A model generated the notes under the pieces. It ran no database searches. It was given only the letters and a program-made list of their open reading frames with translations, and had not been told where the DNA came from. A stretch of DNA of 64,000 bases, from positions 79,610,001 through 79,674,000 of the forward strand of contig NW_024704742.1 in assembly GCF_018977255.1 (NCBI RefSeq), given 5' to 3'. The translations under genes were made by a program, and so were the position numbers. This document shows positions 25,026 to 38,335 of this stretch, piece after piece (the first letter of the stretch is position 1; each line of letters starts with the position of its first letter). The stretch comes from Callorhinchus milii (Eukaryota).

Positions 25026-28000
25026 CTATGTCTGTGAGTGTGTGTGTCTCTCTCTCTCTGGATCTCTGAGTCTGTGTGTGATGCCAGCCCTGAGAGGTGA
25101 TGATCTCCTGTAGCCTTGCTGGTGTGTCTCGTCCCCCCAAAAAAATGGCCACCCAGTTTTGTTAAAGAAGCAAGTAATATTTTTTTTCCAGTAATCTAAT
25201 AAGTGTTATTTCCTTATGTTTAGCTTTCATCAATAAAGTTAAAAAAATCTCAGTATAATGTACCTCAATAGCATCAATCAACGTCCTGAAATTTTCTGCA
25301 AAAATTGTCAAACATCCCCCTGCAATTTTCTGCAAAACATGCAAATCTCCCCACAATTTTGGGCGAATATTTACGTAGTTTTCTATTGGTCCAGCCTACG
25401 AAACAGATTTACAGTACACACAAATGTTGCACTCTGATTCTATACAGTAGACTCCATTAAGATTAACATGCAATGAAGGTTTCCGCCTGACTGAATTGGT
25501 ATCACTCTCGCTGTGATAAAGTACAATACAAAATTTGTAAAGTACCTTCATGTCGGGAGGATGTTCCAAGGTGCTGAACGGTCAGGGATTAGGACCCAAG
25601 CGGGAAGGTGGTTGGGGTCAGAGAGAATGGAGGGCAGAGATCGTAGGAGGGTGGCATGGTTAGGCAATGTTGAAGAGGTGGCAAGGATGTGGGGGAGAAA
25701 GGTCAGTTGAGGGTCGAAAAAGACACCAGGGTTCCTGACTGGTTTGGTGAGGTGGAGTGGATGCATCCGTGGATGCTGATGCTCCCAGTGCTTGTGATGC
25801 GGAGGCGCTAGCGCGAGCCAATCAGGATGACTTTGCTCTTGCTGACATTCAACTGTAGAAAGTTAGCTCTCATCCAGGACTTGATGTCTGACCAAATGAT
25901 CATTAAATGATCATAAACTACAGTTATATTATCATATCATAAATGAACCAGCTAATTATTCAGGAGAGAACGGTGTTTGGTTTAGTTTGTGTTTTTGTTT
26001 CATATACTCTAGTTACCAAAGAGCTCAGTGTCAATGTCTGATTTTATACCACAGTAATACTATCGCTGTAGCATAATTAGATAATAATAATAATCCTTGC
26101 AATTGATATAGCTCCTTATCACGTCTTTGAGACGTCTCAAAGTGCTTCAAAGAATATACTGTAAAGTGAATTGACTGTATAATTTGTGGGTGAAACTCGG
26201 CAGCCAATTGTGTGCAGCAGTGTCCTGCAAACAGTCGTGTATTGAAGTGACCAATTTATTATTATTATTTATTTTTAAAAAGGAATTATTACCCCTCCTG
26301 AAAAAGCGATCTATTAATTGACTAACAACCAGATTCTACTTACTGCTAGGTAAACAGAGGCATGTGGAGTGAGGAAACTTGCCCAACATTTCACTGTTGG
26401 GAATAAGATCCAGGTCTCTCGCGTGCGAGGCGAATGTTCGCTTGCGAGGTGATTCACTATAAAGTGAATTGACTGTATATTTTATGGGCGAAACACAGCA
26501 GCTAATTGTGCACAGTATTTATTGATTTGTAACACAAACCTGGTAAGTTTCAGAAAGGAAAATAAACTCAAAAAGCAAAAAGGCAGAGTTATTCTGAAAA
26601 CTGGATCTCACTTTGCAGTAGGGAATAGTGACATCTCTAAATCACGATGTGGTTCTGATGAAAGATTTGGAAAGTAAATCTTGTAATAAATAGTACAGAG
26701 ATGAAACTAACGAAAATATAATCTTCAGACAAGAAAGCCAAAGCTGTAACGAGCAATCACAGAACTGAAAGACAGACAGTGTGGCACAAAAGATAATTTT
26801 GAATGCTTCACTGAAAGATATTAAAAGTTTGAAGATTAAATGGCAGACTTTCTGGAAGAGCAATTTGATAGGGATTATGCCGCATTAAAATCAAATGAGA
26901 TGCACAGAAATCTTGGAGATTCTGGCAAGGGCTACACACCCACATATTCTACTACACTCAAATAAAAAGCGTGTTTTAATCAACCAACAATAAAATTTAT
27001 AGCAATGTCAATTCAACAAGGTCAAGGAACTGAATCGAGTATGTTGCAGCAAAGTTTGTCATACAGTGTAACCAGCAGTAGTGTACAAGAACCATGGGTA
27101 TTCTGATTGCAGATCTATTCCCTTTGTTGCCCAATTATCATTCCATGTATTAACACTGAGGTGATTTAATGTGACTATAGTAGCTTCCAGATCGTCATAT
27201 AATGGAGTAGGGGGTGGGGGTGGAGCAGCCGACTACTGATCAGCTCTGTTCCAATGAACTATAAACAACCAATTGCCACAAGTTGTACAGCATTAATGTC
27301 AATCACATACGTAGTACACATGTGTAAGTAACCAATAAGCAAGATTGCTATAATTTGTGCATTTAAAGCTCCCTAGTCAGGACTTTAAGCTCATAGTCTA
27401 CAAGGATATAACAGTGCACTGTGCATATTGTCTGCCACATTCACCTAAAATACAGGAACTATACTTCATACAAAAACTCTGAACTGTTTTGAGACTGATT
27501 AACATGTTAAGGCTCTATGTCAAATGCAAGGATTTTTATTAATATTATTAGTGCTTAAGAGTACATTTCTATACAAGTTACAAACTCATGGTAATCTTCT
27601 ATTTAATCATTAGGATTCATACAGGCCTCTGTATTAATAAATACAATTCTGATTTAAACAGAGGACATACTTTTGAAGGCCTAATAGGAACACAGGAACA
27701 TAGGAACAGGAAATTCAGTCCTTCGAGACTTTTCCGCCGTTCAATTAGATCATGGCTGATCTGTACCTCAACTAATCCTGTCAATTCCAATTTCCCCCTT
27801 TCTCCCCATATCTCCCCAAGGCCTTGTAAAATTCTAGTGAACTTGTGCTGCACCCCCTCCAGGGCCAATATATCTTTCCTGAGGTGTGGTGCCCAAAACT
27901 GAACACAGCACTCCAGGTAGGGTCTAATATGAGTCTAAGGTTCAATGTCCAACTCATTATGGAAATCAATTTAAGGTCTCCTCTGAAGGTCAGCTCCAAT

Positions 28001-29209
28001 GGAAAAGCAGTGCTACTTCAGTCTGCGCTGGAGTGTCAGAGTGAGTTCATGTCTTGCCACAAGACACACCAATAATAAAACTTGGAGTTAAATAATAATT
28101 CTTACATTTGGTACAGTGCCTTTCACGCCAGGAAGATGTCCCAAGGAGCTTGATAAGATATATTGTGAAAGGTGTGAAGGCCTTAGTGGGGGTGCAAAGA
28201 AGGTTTACAAGAATGATTCCAGGGATAAAGAACTACAGTTATGAGAGATTGGAGAGCCTGGGAGGGTCTGTTTTCATTGGAGCAGGGAAGGTTGAGGAGG
28301 GACCTGATAGAGTTGTACAAAATTATGAGGGGCTTTGACAGGAAGTAAATAGGGAGAAGTTATTTCCATTGATTGAGGAGTTAGTGACTAGGGGATATAA
28401 GAACACTGAAAGCAGAACATAGGACTAATTTTTTAACCCATAGAGTTGTTGAGATGTGGAAAGCCCTACTGGGTAGGGTGGTGGAGGCGGAGTCCATTGT
28501 AGCTTTCAAGAGGGAAGTAAACAGGAGAGAGGGAATAAGGTGGGGCAGTGACGTTGAATTGATCTTGCTCGGTGTGTAAGTGCGGACTAGATGGGCTGAA
28601 TGACCTCCTGTGCTGTAGATTTCTACATTTGTAAGTGCAGTTATTTTGTGGGTAAACTCGGTAACCAAATTGCACACAAATTGTTCAACAAACAACAAAA
28701 ACAACAACAAAATTACATCGGGAGGATGTCCCATATGCCACACTGCCATATGATCTTTAATTCCACCAGAACAGGCTGCATAATGTCTCATTCAAAAGAC
28801 CGCACCTCTAACAATGCAGCCCACCCACAACTTTGCATTGGAGAGTCAGCCTGGATAAAATAAGCTCCACATCCTAACGTGGGTTAGTAATATAGCACCT
28901 TGTCACTTTAAAGCATTTCAAAGAGCTTTGCCTCTTATGTTACTCTTATGTTACTTTTATGTACAGCAACTAATCTGTGATTAGCTAATGTATGCCAGGA
29001 ATGTTTCACAAACAGCAATCAGATTGAATCACCTAATTAATCTGTTGTTTTGGTGGGAGGAGGAATACTGACCAGGAGAATAAAATGGTGCATAGGACCT
29101 AATAATGTCCGTCTGAATCAGCAGCACAGGCAGACTAATTGAGTTTTGTGAGCTTTCAGCCTGATTCGGTCATCTTCTAGGGAAGATCAGGGTTCAGAGT
29201 CAAAAGAAA

Positions 29210-30312
29210 GACCAGGAGCAACGGGCAGTAGGGATTGTATATGGACATTTATCCCAAAGATCAAGCACAATTGGGATCTTTCACTTTCACTGCAGACTTC
29301 TTCGAAAGCACCAGCATGACCCAATTCGAAACTGGTGCTCCCTAGGTAGTCTGCATCAAATCTCTTGTCCAACTAGAATCATTTTAAAATTAGTAACAAA
29401 TCTAAAATTGTACTTCTTGTAAATAGTACTTTTTTTTAAAAAAAGGAAAATGCAAAGTTTTTTTTATATAATTTAGACTTTTTTAAAACTAAAAAAGTTG
29501 TCAAATTTGCAATTTGATTTCTTAATTAAGAAAGATTAAGATTCCCGGCTCAGATTTCACTATTAAGAAGTAACTCAAAATTGACCCCTTTATTCTAAAC
29601 CAAAAGTTAAATGAATCCCCAGCAACAAGCTGGGAGATTCAAACGCATTATCAAATTACTTATAAAATCTAATTTTCCACAGGTGAAACCGCTTCAGCAT
29701 GAAATGAGGTACCGTCATCTCCATAAAAACTTTTTTTATGAGAATGGAGTTATGAATATGTTACATTGGGTCTTTTGAGACAATTATTTGATTCCTCCCC
29801 CTTTGCAAGGCACATCTTAAAATATACCTCTTTGACCCCGCTTTCAGTTATGTTTCCCTCCCCACCATCCCCTGCTTAGGTACCCATCAAGAACTGTGAA
29901 GCACTTTGGGATTCTTTCCCCTTCCTCCGGACTTGAAATGCACTGTATAAAATATATTGTCATAATATTGGTTCCACTACTTGGTCATGCATAGCAGCCA
30001 CAAGCAGACACATGCATGATTTACTGTGTTAAAGTTGTAGAATGCAGAATGTGTTAGCAATAGCAAGTCCATAGATCATGCACAAGTGTGGAATTAATTC
30101 AGCTCTTAAACAGCTTTTTTTCAACCATGTGCTTTCTTTCATTTGCTCATTTCATCTCTTCATCACACACAGATGTATTCTCGTGGGTCGGTACTCAATT
30201 ATTTTTTTCAGGCTTGTCATTATTGTCCGCAGCTGTTAGCTACCCTGGAGATGTTACCATAGCAGTAAGACTGAATGGAAGCCATACTCTTGGAAAATAC
30301 CCATCTTTTCAC
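29210..30312 (-). pseudogene. Two LG3 exon remnants (about 30025-30312 and 29210-29372)
   Basis: VKR/MGIFQEYGFHSV and THSAFYNFNT|GT (cf. LAMA5 VGRAMTFHGHGF and HYVAFYSNATG). STSFELGHAG...KIPIVLDLWDK...C (cf. LAMA3 SLRLGGSNFEGC...SPEVLDL). AG acceptors precede 30312 and 29372. Confidence 0.5.
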
Positions 30313-31029
30313 CTACACAATTTTGGATTTGGCTCATGTTTTCAGGACACGTATTGAAATATAAACACAGGAGTGAGGGCATTCCGCCCATTGAGCTTTC
30401 TCTGCCATTTTATTAGATCATGATAGATCTCATAAACTCATTTCATTACTTTTCTGCATTCCCTCTAAGAACCTCCTGTCCAATTCTGACACACACTTAA
30501 TGCTTCAAACACTGCAGCATGAAAGCTTTGTGGACATTGCCTTTGTTATCCATACTGGCCTGATTGTGTGCCCCAAGTAACTATTAGGAAAGATATTAAT
30601 AGAAGCTGGTTTTGTAAAGATTATTCAGGAAATCTCTTCTGATTGCCTGAGCTGCGTGCTTCTGATTGCTGTGAGCAAACTGATTGCTTCCTTTGGAGAA
30701 ATGTCACATGTGGTCCACTTTTCAGCACCTTGCTTCAGTTCACTCCCTGGAATTAAGTGATTTAAGAGGCAAGTCCAATAAATGAAAGCTTCCTCTCATC
30801 TGATTACCGTTGGATCAATTTAGTTTGCCCCCTCACTTTGCATAATCCTCAATCACATCAAAGTCTTATTATTCAAAAGGAAAAAAACTCTTCTGGTTCC
30901 AGCATGTATTGGTATCATGTGCTGACAGACAGTACCCATGCAGAGGGTGAACAGTAAGAGTAGGATTGTGGAGCCACCTAATCTGCTCGAAGAGGCATGA
31001 CATTTAAAATAAAATTATCAGCAATGTTA

Positions 31030-31708
31030 AAAGTGGCAAATCATTTCACTAGCGCAACCTGTTAATGTCTCATCATTGAATCTATTGGTGATCTTAAATC
31101 TATTTGTATTTATATTTTAAGTCATCAGCATTTGGTCATCCCTGAACTTCATTAACTGATGTAAAATCAATACAAAAGGGAATGTATCTGCTGGCAAGTT
31201 CTCTCAGGAAGCATCTCAATAGGCTATTGGCGAAGCTTAACTTGTGAATTCTTCATTCCATACGTCCATGCAAGTTGACAGACACAGAGTAGTCTGCCTG
31301 ATCAATTGTAGTATGTTTCCAAGGCAAACATTACTTTTCTGCAATGATTTATTCAATTTAGCTCTCCAATGTATAGTACACATCATAGGAAGAACTGCTA
31401 TGAAAACTCAGTTTGATAAATAATCATCAGTAAAAATCTCTAAATTGTGCGACAAAGTTTCTAAATACCTTACAATTTGGTTTCACAGCAGTATCAATCT
31501 ATGATACTGAACACAATTATAACTTGAAGGACAATCTATAAATGATTTTCTCAAACATCCATTTTTGTGAAGAAAGATTGATACAAACTTGCCGAGATGA
31601 TTATTTGTAGAAAGGCAATTCAACAATATTAATATGTTCTTGTGTAAGCTCCAAAAATCTGCCCATCTATGGGAGCCATCGGTTGGATTCAGCTCTACTC
31701 ATAGGAGT
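31030..31708 (-). pseudogene. Three LG2 exon remnants (about 31474-31708, 31335-31439 and 31030-31155)
   Basis: TDGSH/DGQIF and GKFVSIFLHKNG (cf. LAMA5 TDGSYLDGTGF, LAMA3 RFISLNIEDG). YDVYY-IGEL...KSLQK|GTAATG (cf. STYYLGGIPIAIRER). KFRD...RFNDETLTGCASEMI (cf. RLNTTGVSAGCTADLL). All need frameshifts or read through stops. Confidence 0.55.
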
Positions 31709-31845
31709 CTAAACAAGACCTCTGATTGAGGAAGGGCGCAACAATAAATGAAACAATAACTCTATCTCTCCAGGGCAATATGTCAGGCAATCGCTATGGA
31801 CAACATTTGGATAAAACAATTTTGTTTCACATGGGAAACACTTAC

Positions 31846-32072
31846 CTGTTTGAAAAACTCTTCCATGTGAGTGGACAAAGGATGCAATGTAATACTGTAA
31901 CAACAGCTAATAGATACAACATGAAATGAAGCAGTGCAATATCCAACCCCTCCCTTTTATTTTTCAGACTTTTGATAATTCAGTCCAATAAACTGTCCCA
32001 TGATATCTACCATCAAAAGCAAGTACTCCCCTTTCATTACATTCCAACATCATTGAAAAGTCTCAGTGCAAA
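31846..32072 (-). pseudogene. LG1 C-terminal remnant (MMLECNERGVLAFDGRYHG...*K*KGGVG...)
   Basis: Strong acceptor tttttcgttgtgtttatttgcttacAG and perfect donor CAG|GTAAGT. Resembles LAMA3 TLLNLDPENVVFYVGGY...YKGCIE; contains stops and a frameshift. Confidence 0.6.
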
Positions 32073-32343
32073 CTGTAAGCAAATAAACACAACGAAAAAT
32101 CAAGAATGTGCAAGCAAAATTATACATCATTCAACATCCTTAACTGGTTTTGAGGCTTTCTGCAAATAAGATTGACTTGGTTGTGTTAGAATAATCACTT
32201 TGTTCTTCATAATAATTGATCAGATGATTTCACCAATAGGAACAAACGTTGCCTTTCCCATTGCCTATACCCAACCATTTTGTTGGCCACTGATCACATT
32301 CCCCCATTTAGCATAAAGCAATGGACCGTCATATGTTACTCAC

Positions 32344-32532
32344 ATTTCGCTGATTCTGTGTGAATTATTTCAGTCAACTTGTTTGAAGCTGTTTGAAATG
32401 CATCCATCTGAGTGTGCAGCCTTTCTATAGCCAAGTCTGATTGAGCCTCTTCATGCCAGCCTTGCTGAGCGGAAACACGGGCATTGTGGGCCAGTAATAA
32501 GCACTCATTCACTAATTCCAAAGAAATGCTTC
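32344..32532 (-). CDS. Open exon, probably the middle of LG1 (SISLELVNECLLLAHNARVSAQQGWHEEAQSDLAIERLHTQMDAFQTASNKLTEIIHTESAK)
   Basis: Acceptor tcttcatcttattttcaatAG, donor T|GTGAGT; 189 nt, phase 1 in and out. ISLELVNECLLLAHN fits the LG motif F(I/L)xLELxxGxLxxxYN. Confidence 0.7.
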
Positions 32533-33679
32533 CTATTGAAAATAAGATGAAGACAGATACATAATGATAACCATATACTCAAACTTATTTAGTTCTTAAC
32601 TTCTATTTTCTCCCTCGTTGATTGAGTGTACATTTGGGGTGGGAGTTGATGAAATTCCACCCAAGGTTGCTTGATGTAACAATAATGATGCTTCGATCCT
32701 TTCTATATCATTTATTATAGTGCCTAGCTATTAGGTCAAAATTTCACAAAGTATATCACAGGTAATTTTCGATTGTGTATTTGTAGGTGATGCAGCTGTC
32801 AATCGGTGCACAGCAAACAGTAATGACAAACGTTTTCAGAGGGATTGTTGGTTGGGAGAAATGCCTTTTTCTTTGCTGATAGTGTAATGGGTTATTTAGA
32901 GTACAACTGAACAGGTGGACAGTTTAATGTCTCATCTGAAGGCTGGGACCTCCAATAATGTGGTAAATTTGGTCAGTCAGGTGTTTGACACATGCACAAA
33001 CTCATGTTAAGTGTATCCAAACCAGGTTGAGAGTTCCATCCAAATTATCTACACATGGGAAAATCTTGTGTCCAAAATATAATATACATTCCCTGGAGGC
33101 ACACTATCTGCTTAGTTAATATTGAAGAATATTACAACAACTTGCATTTATATAGCACTCTTCATATGGGACAGGGTCTCAAAGCACTTATATAAAGCAC
33201 GTATTAGGCACAGGTTGGCAAGGGTTAAGGAATGTGACTCCAGAGTCTGTATTCGGGCACTGATGGAGTTGAACTAGCTAAAATCACATAGCTTTCTATT
33301 GAAAGCAGTGTCCGGTAAGCTTGCCACGGTTTCTCAATTTAGGACCAGACTGAATCTCGATGTGGATATGCAGACATGTTGTTAATTGGTAAATGGACAT
33401 GATAGCCGGCATTCTACTGTAATTCGGCGCTCTCTCATAACTATTTTACCAGAATTAAGGGTTTTAAAGCTTTGGGTCCGTTCTGATGCTTTTTTTACTT
33501 CAAGGTCAAAATGAGCTGCAGATAGAAGTGAAATCCATGTTAGGTAAATTATGTTCAACATTTAATCTACAGCAGGGATTTTCCAGAAAAAAGTTCCTTT
33601 TTTGAAAATGACTGCAATAGGTAAAATTCTGCAATGACATATGAGTAAATGAAAAGCTTAACTCATTTTAACTCATATT

Positions 33680-33850
33680 CACAGCAAAATGCTGCCAAAT
33701 CCGACTCATTTGAGAATGGTATGTATTGTTCACGCAGCAGGAAACTATAGTGCATAAAACTTTTAAGTTCTTTAGAGACTTTGCTCTCCTTGAAATTGTG
33801 GATCTGATGAGAACCATTGAACAGTTTGAGATAATGATCCAAATTATAGC
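33680..33850 (-). pseudogene. LG1 N-terminal remnant (LFNGSHQIHNFKESKVSKELKSFMHYSFLLREQ)
   Basis: FNG (33821-33813) and KELKSFMHYSFLLR align by eye with LAMA3 MRFNGKSGVEVRLPNDLEDLKGYTSLSLFLQ. Boundaries are uncertain. Confidence 0.65.
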
Positions 33851-33989
33851 CTATTCACGCTTGTAAATTGCTGACATGTTGGTGCAGAAGCAGTTGTATC
33901 TATTTAGCAGACTTGTTCATCTATCACCACTTGGTATAAGTATGTTTCCAATTTACTATGTGCCGAGGAATCTCCCCTGCAGATTGAAT

Positions 33990-34119
33990 TAAGTTTGGTG
34001 CCCCTAGTTAATTTTTTGTTTGATGCTTTCGATATTACTGGATGTGATGCTCGATCAAAAAAAAGCCCTTGTGGAAACAAAGTACCGCTTGATCTTTGAA
34101 TAAAATAAGCCACCGTGTT
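33990..34119 (-). pseudogene. Decayed end of laminin domain II (GLFYSKIK...*SSITSSNIESIKQKIN*)
   Basis: Acceptor gcaattttatAG. SSNIESIKQKIN* resembles the conserved end of the coil, LAMA3 SDNMDRIRELIQQAR. In-frame stops. Confidence 0.55.
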
Positions 34120-36269
34120 CTATAAAATTGCACAGCATTTGAATTGTAGGTAAGTAGCATGTAATCCAGCAAAAAAGCTTCAGGTTGTTCTTTGTACCTC
34201 TATATGGCCCAGACTAAAGACCACCTGACTGAGCGACTTTCCATCAAATCTCACCTTAGAACACCAACCATGAATGCCCTTAGCTCCTCTGGATATCTTC
34301 ACAATACTTCCAATATTACTACCCCTCACTCATGTAGATAACAGGACATCCACTTATACACTGCACTGAAGTCAGTTTTCTTAAATAGGCTGCTGCCTTC
34401 AGTTACCTCATTAACCCAGCAATAGGATATTGGTATTTTGCATTCCACACTTGGTTTAACTGGACCTGCTTTGTCTTCCCCAAGTGAGGCATAGGGGTCC
34501 TCTGTCCTACAAAACATCCACGTTGTCTCACTTTGTTCATACCCCTCCAAACTCCTGTTCATTTTTTTGAATTATGTTTTCTCTCCTCTTGTTCACTCTC
34601 TGCCCATCTACATCCAGTTCTCCTTTGACACCCTTCACCTATTATTGGCCCATTATCTGTCTCTGGCTCGGCGTCTTTTTTCAAACAATATCTTTTCATT
34701 TGACTTTTTCTTTCTCTATCTCCGCACACTGGTCACATCAGCTCACCATTTTCCTTCCAATGAAAATTCCTAATTTGCCTCGCAAATTAACAGGTTTGGA
34801 GGATCTGAAATGACATTTAAACATTGCTGAACTGTAGTATGAAAGCTGACCATTTAACCAGTTTTAAAAGTTAAGCTCACACAAATTTTACGGGTTCAAT
34901 CAATCCAGTCTGTTTGAGACCTAATTGGAGAACGTAGGAAAGAGAAGTCAGGTGATGGATGAGGCCATAAGATTATCACAAATTAATTGGTCCACTGCGA
35001 AATGAGTTTCAGTGTTCTTTTCAGTGAGCAAAATTGTAATTTCTCCAAAAACAACATGCAAAAGAATTGGAAAATTATAAAAGTCACATTAAGCAGCTTT
35101 TGGCATTGATAAAAACTTCCATTTGAGGCTAGCCTTGGTCATGTGAAAACATTCCCTCACACAAAGATGTGTTACCGAGTGTGGTATGCACTTCCTCAAA
35201 AGATCATAAATACAGATTCAAATGCAGTGTTCAAGTGAGAAGTAGGTAGGTAGATAGGTAGTAGGTACTTGTGAAGTACGGGAACTGTAGAACAGGCAGG
35301 GAAATGGAATTGGATTGGTAAAGAATTGTCATAAAGTAATAATTTTCAGAATCAGACTAAAAGGGCTGCTCCAAGTCCTACGTTTCAAGTACTGTAATCC
35401 TAGACTGTGATGGTGAACAACAACAAAATTACATTTGTATAGCGCCTTTCACGCTAGGTAGGTGAGGAGGGCTTTGAAGGTGAGGACCAGGATCTTGAAC
35501 TGTATCCTCTGAATGATGGGAAGCCAGTGGAGTTGGGCGAGGATAGGGGTGATAGGGTCACGGAGCTTAGTGTAGGAGAGGACACGGGCTGCCGATTTCT
35601 AGATGATCTGCAGCCTGCGTAGGGAGGAGTTGGGGAGGCTGACAAGCAGTGAGTTTGCATAGTTGAGCCTGGACGTAATGAAGGCGTGTATGAGGGTTTC
35701 GGTGGCCTGCGGTGTGAGACAGTGTCGGAGCCGGGCGATGTTGCGGAGGTGGGGGAAGGCAGAGCCAGTCATGGCACAGAACGGATAGTTGAGGCCCCAA
35801 ATGATCACCAGGTCGAGAAGGTGAGGGGATGAAGGTTCATTCCTTTGGCTGTACTGAGATAGTTGATAGCCTCAGTGGAAAGGATATAAAATTCAAACTT
35901 TCAGGAGAGGATCTGAGAGGATAAATTCCAGCAGGAAAATGAATTTGAGAAATTTAATTGGTTCCAACAGCATAAGATTACTGTTGCACAGTTTACATTC
36001 CGTGATCAATTACCTATCAAGTTGTAAAAAGTCACGCCCCTTGCTTATGAATAATTATATTTTTACAGTGAAATAGAGAAACTCTTTGCATATTGGGCCA
36101 TTTGCACACTATTTAACTTTTGCTACACAATAGAAAATGCATCTCTTTTATTCAGCCAAAAAGCTGCTTTGAAACAAAGCATGTGCTCAGAAGTCAACAT
36201 TCTACCATTTCTGCAAGGTTTGATCATGATTGACAATTCCACAAACACAATTATGTCAGATAGTAACCA

Positions 36270-36487
36270 GAGTAGTGTACATTGTTTTGCTCAGACACTG
36301 TATTTTGCTGTCACTTTCATGTTTGGCAAAGAACCTCTGTGAAACATCCTTGCCAATACCCATCATATTTGCAATCATTTCCACATGCACAAGTCAACAG
36401 AGAATGCATCAGCTTAAGCCGTCAGCTTCGCAACTTGCACAAGATGTTCAAACAAGTTGCGACTTTACATAGTTTAAGTTGCAGAGC
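36270..36487 (-). pseudogene. Decayed coiled-coil exon (RNLFEHLVQVAKLTA*ADAFSVDL/HVEMIANMMGIGKDVSQ...)
   Basis: Acceptor ttttaaatctgctttcAG; several stops and a frameshift. Position fits the next laminin domain II exon. Confidence 0.4.
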
Positions 36488-37634
36488 CTGAAAGCAGATT
36501 TAAAACAAATAAACATATGCTAAGTACCATGTTAATAAATTATAACATTGAGACAATATAAGATGTGCAGAATGGAAAGATAATGGTGTTTGGTAAAGCT
36601 GCTGAAGCTCAGCATTAAATCAGCGGTAATTCTGTTGTAAGCCACGTCATCCTGTAAGTCAAATTTTTCAGACAATAATTGAAACGTGACAAGACTGAAC
36701 ACTTGCCTGTCAAATAACCTAAGGTTCTTACATCCATTTGCACATATAGCTACTTAGGCACTGGATCTGAGGTAACCCCAAGACCTGATTAAAAGAGAGA
36801 GAAAAAACAGCATGTTATCAGCACTGCTCGACTCTCAGGAGCTTCAGTGAGGGGTGGGGGCTGGGGTGGGGTTGTCTTCCTGAAGACCTCTTAGACCTGC
36901 TCACAAAAGCACTGGCAGTAAAAGCAAAGGATATGCATAGCTGATTCAAATTATCTTGAAGCAGCAGCTGAGACCCCTCAAGGGTTGAACTATGGCAGTA
37001 AGCTCAGAGTGACACCATACTCACCCACATAGTGGCATGAGCAGCACATTGCAAAGAAGGACAATTGCAATTGACAGTGTCATTTCTGATCTGACCACAA
37101 CCCTTAAGAAGTAGAGAATTTGCATTTTTGTATCTATCAGTTTCCTCAGCTTCCCACTTATCACACGTATCATTATCTGTGTAGTTTTAAGTTTTAAAAT
37201 GTCACTATTATTGGTTCACAGATCAACTTGGGCCAAGACTATGTAGGTAAAGTCACACCCCTACCATAGTTCAGATACTGCATTGATTGTGGAAGCCTGA
37301 GTTGATTATTTTAACTTAAGGGCAATAAGAACTGATGACTTTCTATGGTTCAGATTTGAGGGTTTCCTAAACATGTTTCATTTCTTGATTAAGGAATGTC
37401 TTGCAAATTTAGTTTTGAATTCCCCCCACCCTCATTCTTCAACGTCACTACACCCTGACATCTGGAGTTCCCGTTTAAAGTGATAGCCAAATTTCAGATG
37501 CAATTTTACAGGTTATCAATTAGGTTCAGTGATTCTCCTGTAAAGCATTACTGAAAGACCAAAACTTCAATTGCATTTAAGAAATGGTCAGCAGCTTGTT
37601 TGTCTGGGTCTTGTTTGACCCTCAACAATTATTT

Positions 37635-38335
37635 CTACCCCACATCCATGCCATGTCCCACTCTGCCTTTCCCCATCTCCACAACATCGCCCGGCTCTGC
37701 CACTGTCTCACATCGCAGGCCGCCTAGACCCTCATACACACATTCATAAGATCTAAGCTCGACTCCGCAAACACCCTGCGTGTCAGCCTCCCCAACTCCT
37801 CCCTCCATAGGCTGCAGAATCATCCCGAACAGCAGCCCATGTCTTCTCCCTCACCAGGCTCCGCAACCCTATCACCCCATCCTCGCCCGACTCCACTGGC
37901 TTCCCATCACACAGAGGATGCAGTTCAAGATTCTGGTCCTCATCTTCAAAGCCCTCCATGGCCTTGCTCCCCACTACCTCTGTGACCTTCAACCCCCTAC
38001 CAATCTGCCCGCTCCCTTCGCTCAGTGGACTCCAACTTGCTTTACGTCCCCTGATTCGCCCGCCCCACCATTAGCGGACAGGCCTTTTGCCACTTTGCCC
38101 CCACCATCTGGAACTCCATCCTACAATCCCTCTGCCTCGCCCTCTCCTTTGCCTCCTTCAAGACCCTCTAAAGACTCTCCTCTTCGACCGTACCTTCAGT
38201 CACTATCTTTCTCTCCTGCCCTCCGCCCTCCCCGATCGCGACCCCCAGCTCACGTCTGAAACACTGATTGTCCAGCACCTTGGGACATCCTTCCGATGTG
38301 AAAGGCGCTTTACAAATTAATTTTGTTTTTGTTGT
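37635..38335 (+). mobile_element. L2-clade LINE 3' fragment; smaller pieces at 23365-23530 (-), 25545-25895 (-), 35420-35830 (-), 43410-43630 (-) and 55530-55900 (-)
   Basis: PILARLHWLPITQRMQFKILVLIFKALHGLAP and the 3' stem-loop tail. Confidence 0.88.
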
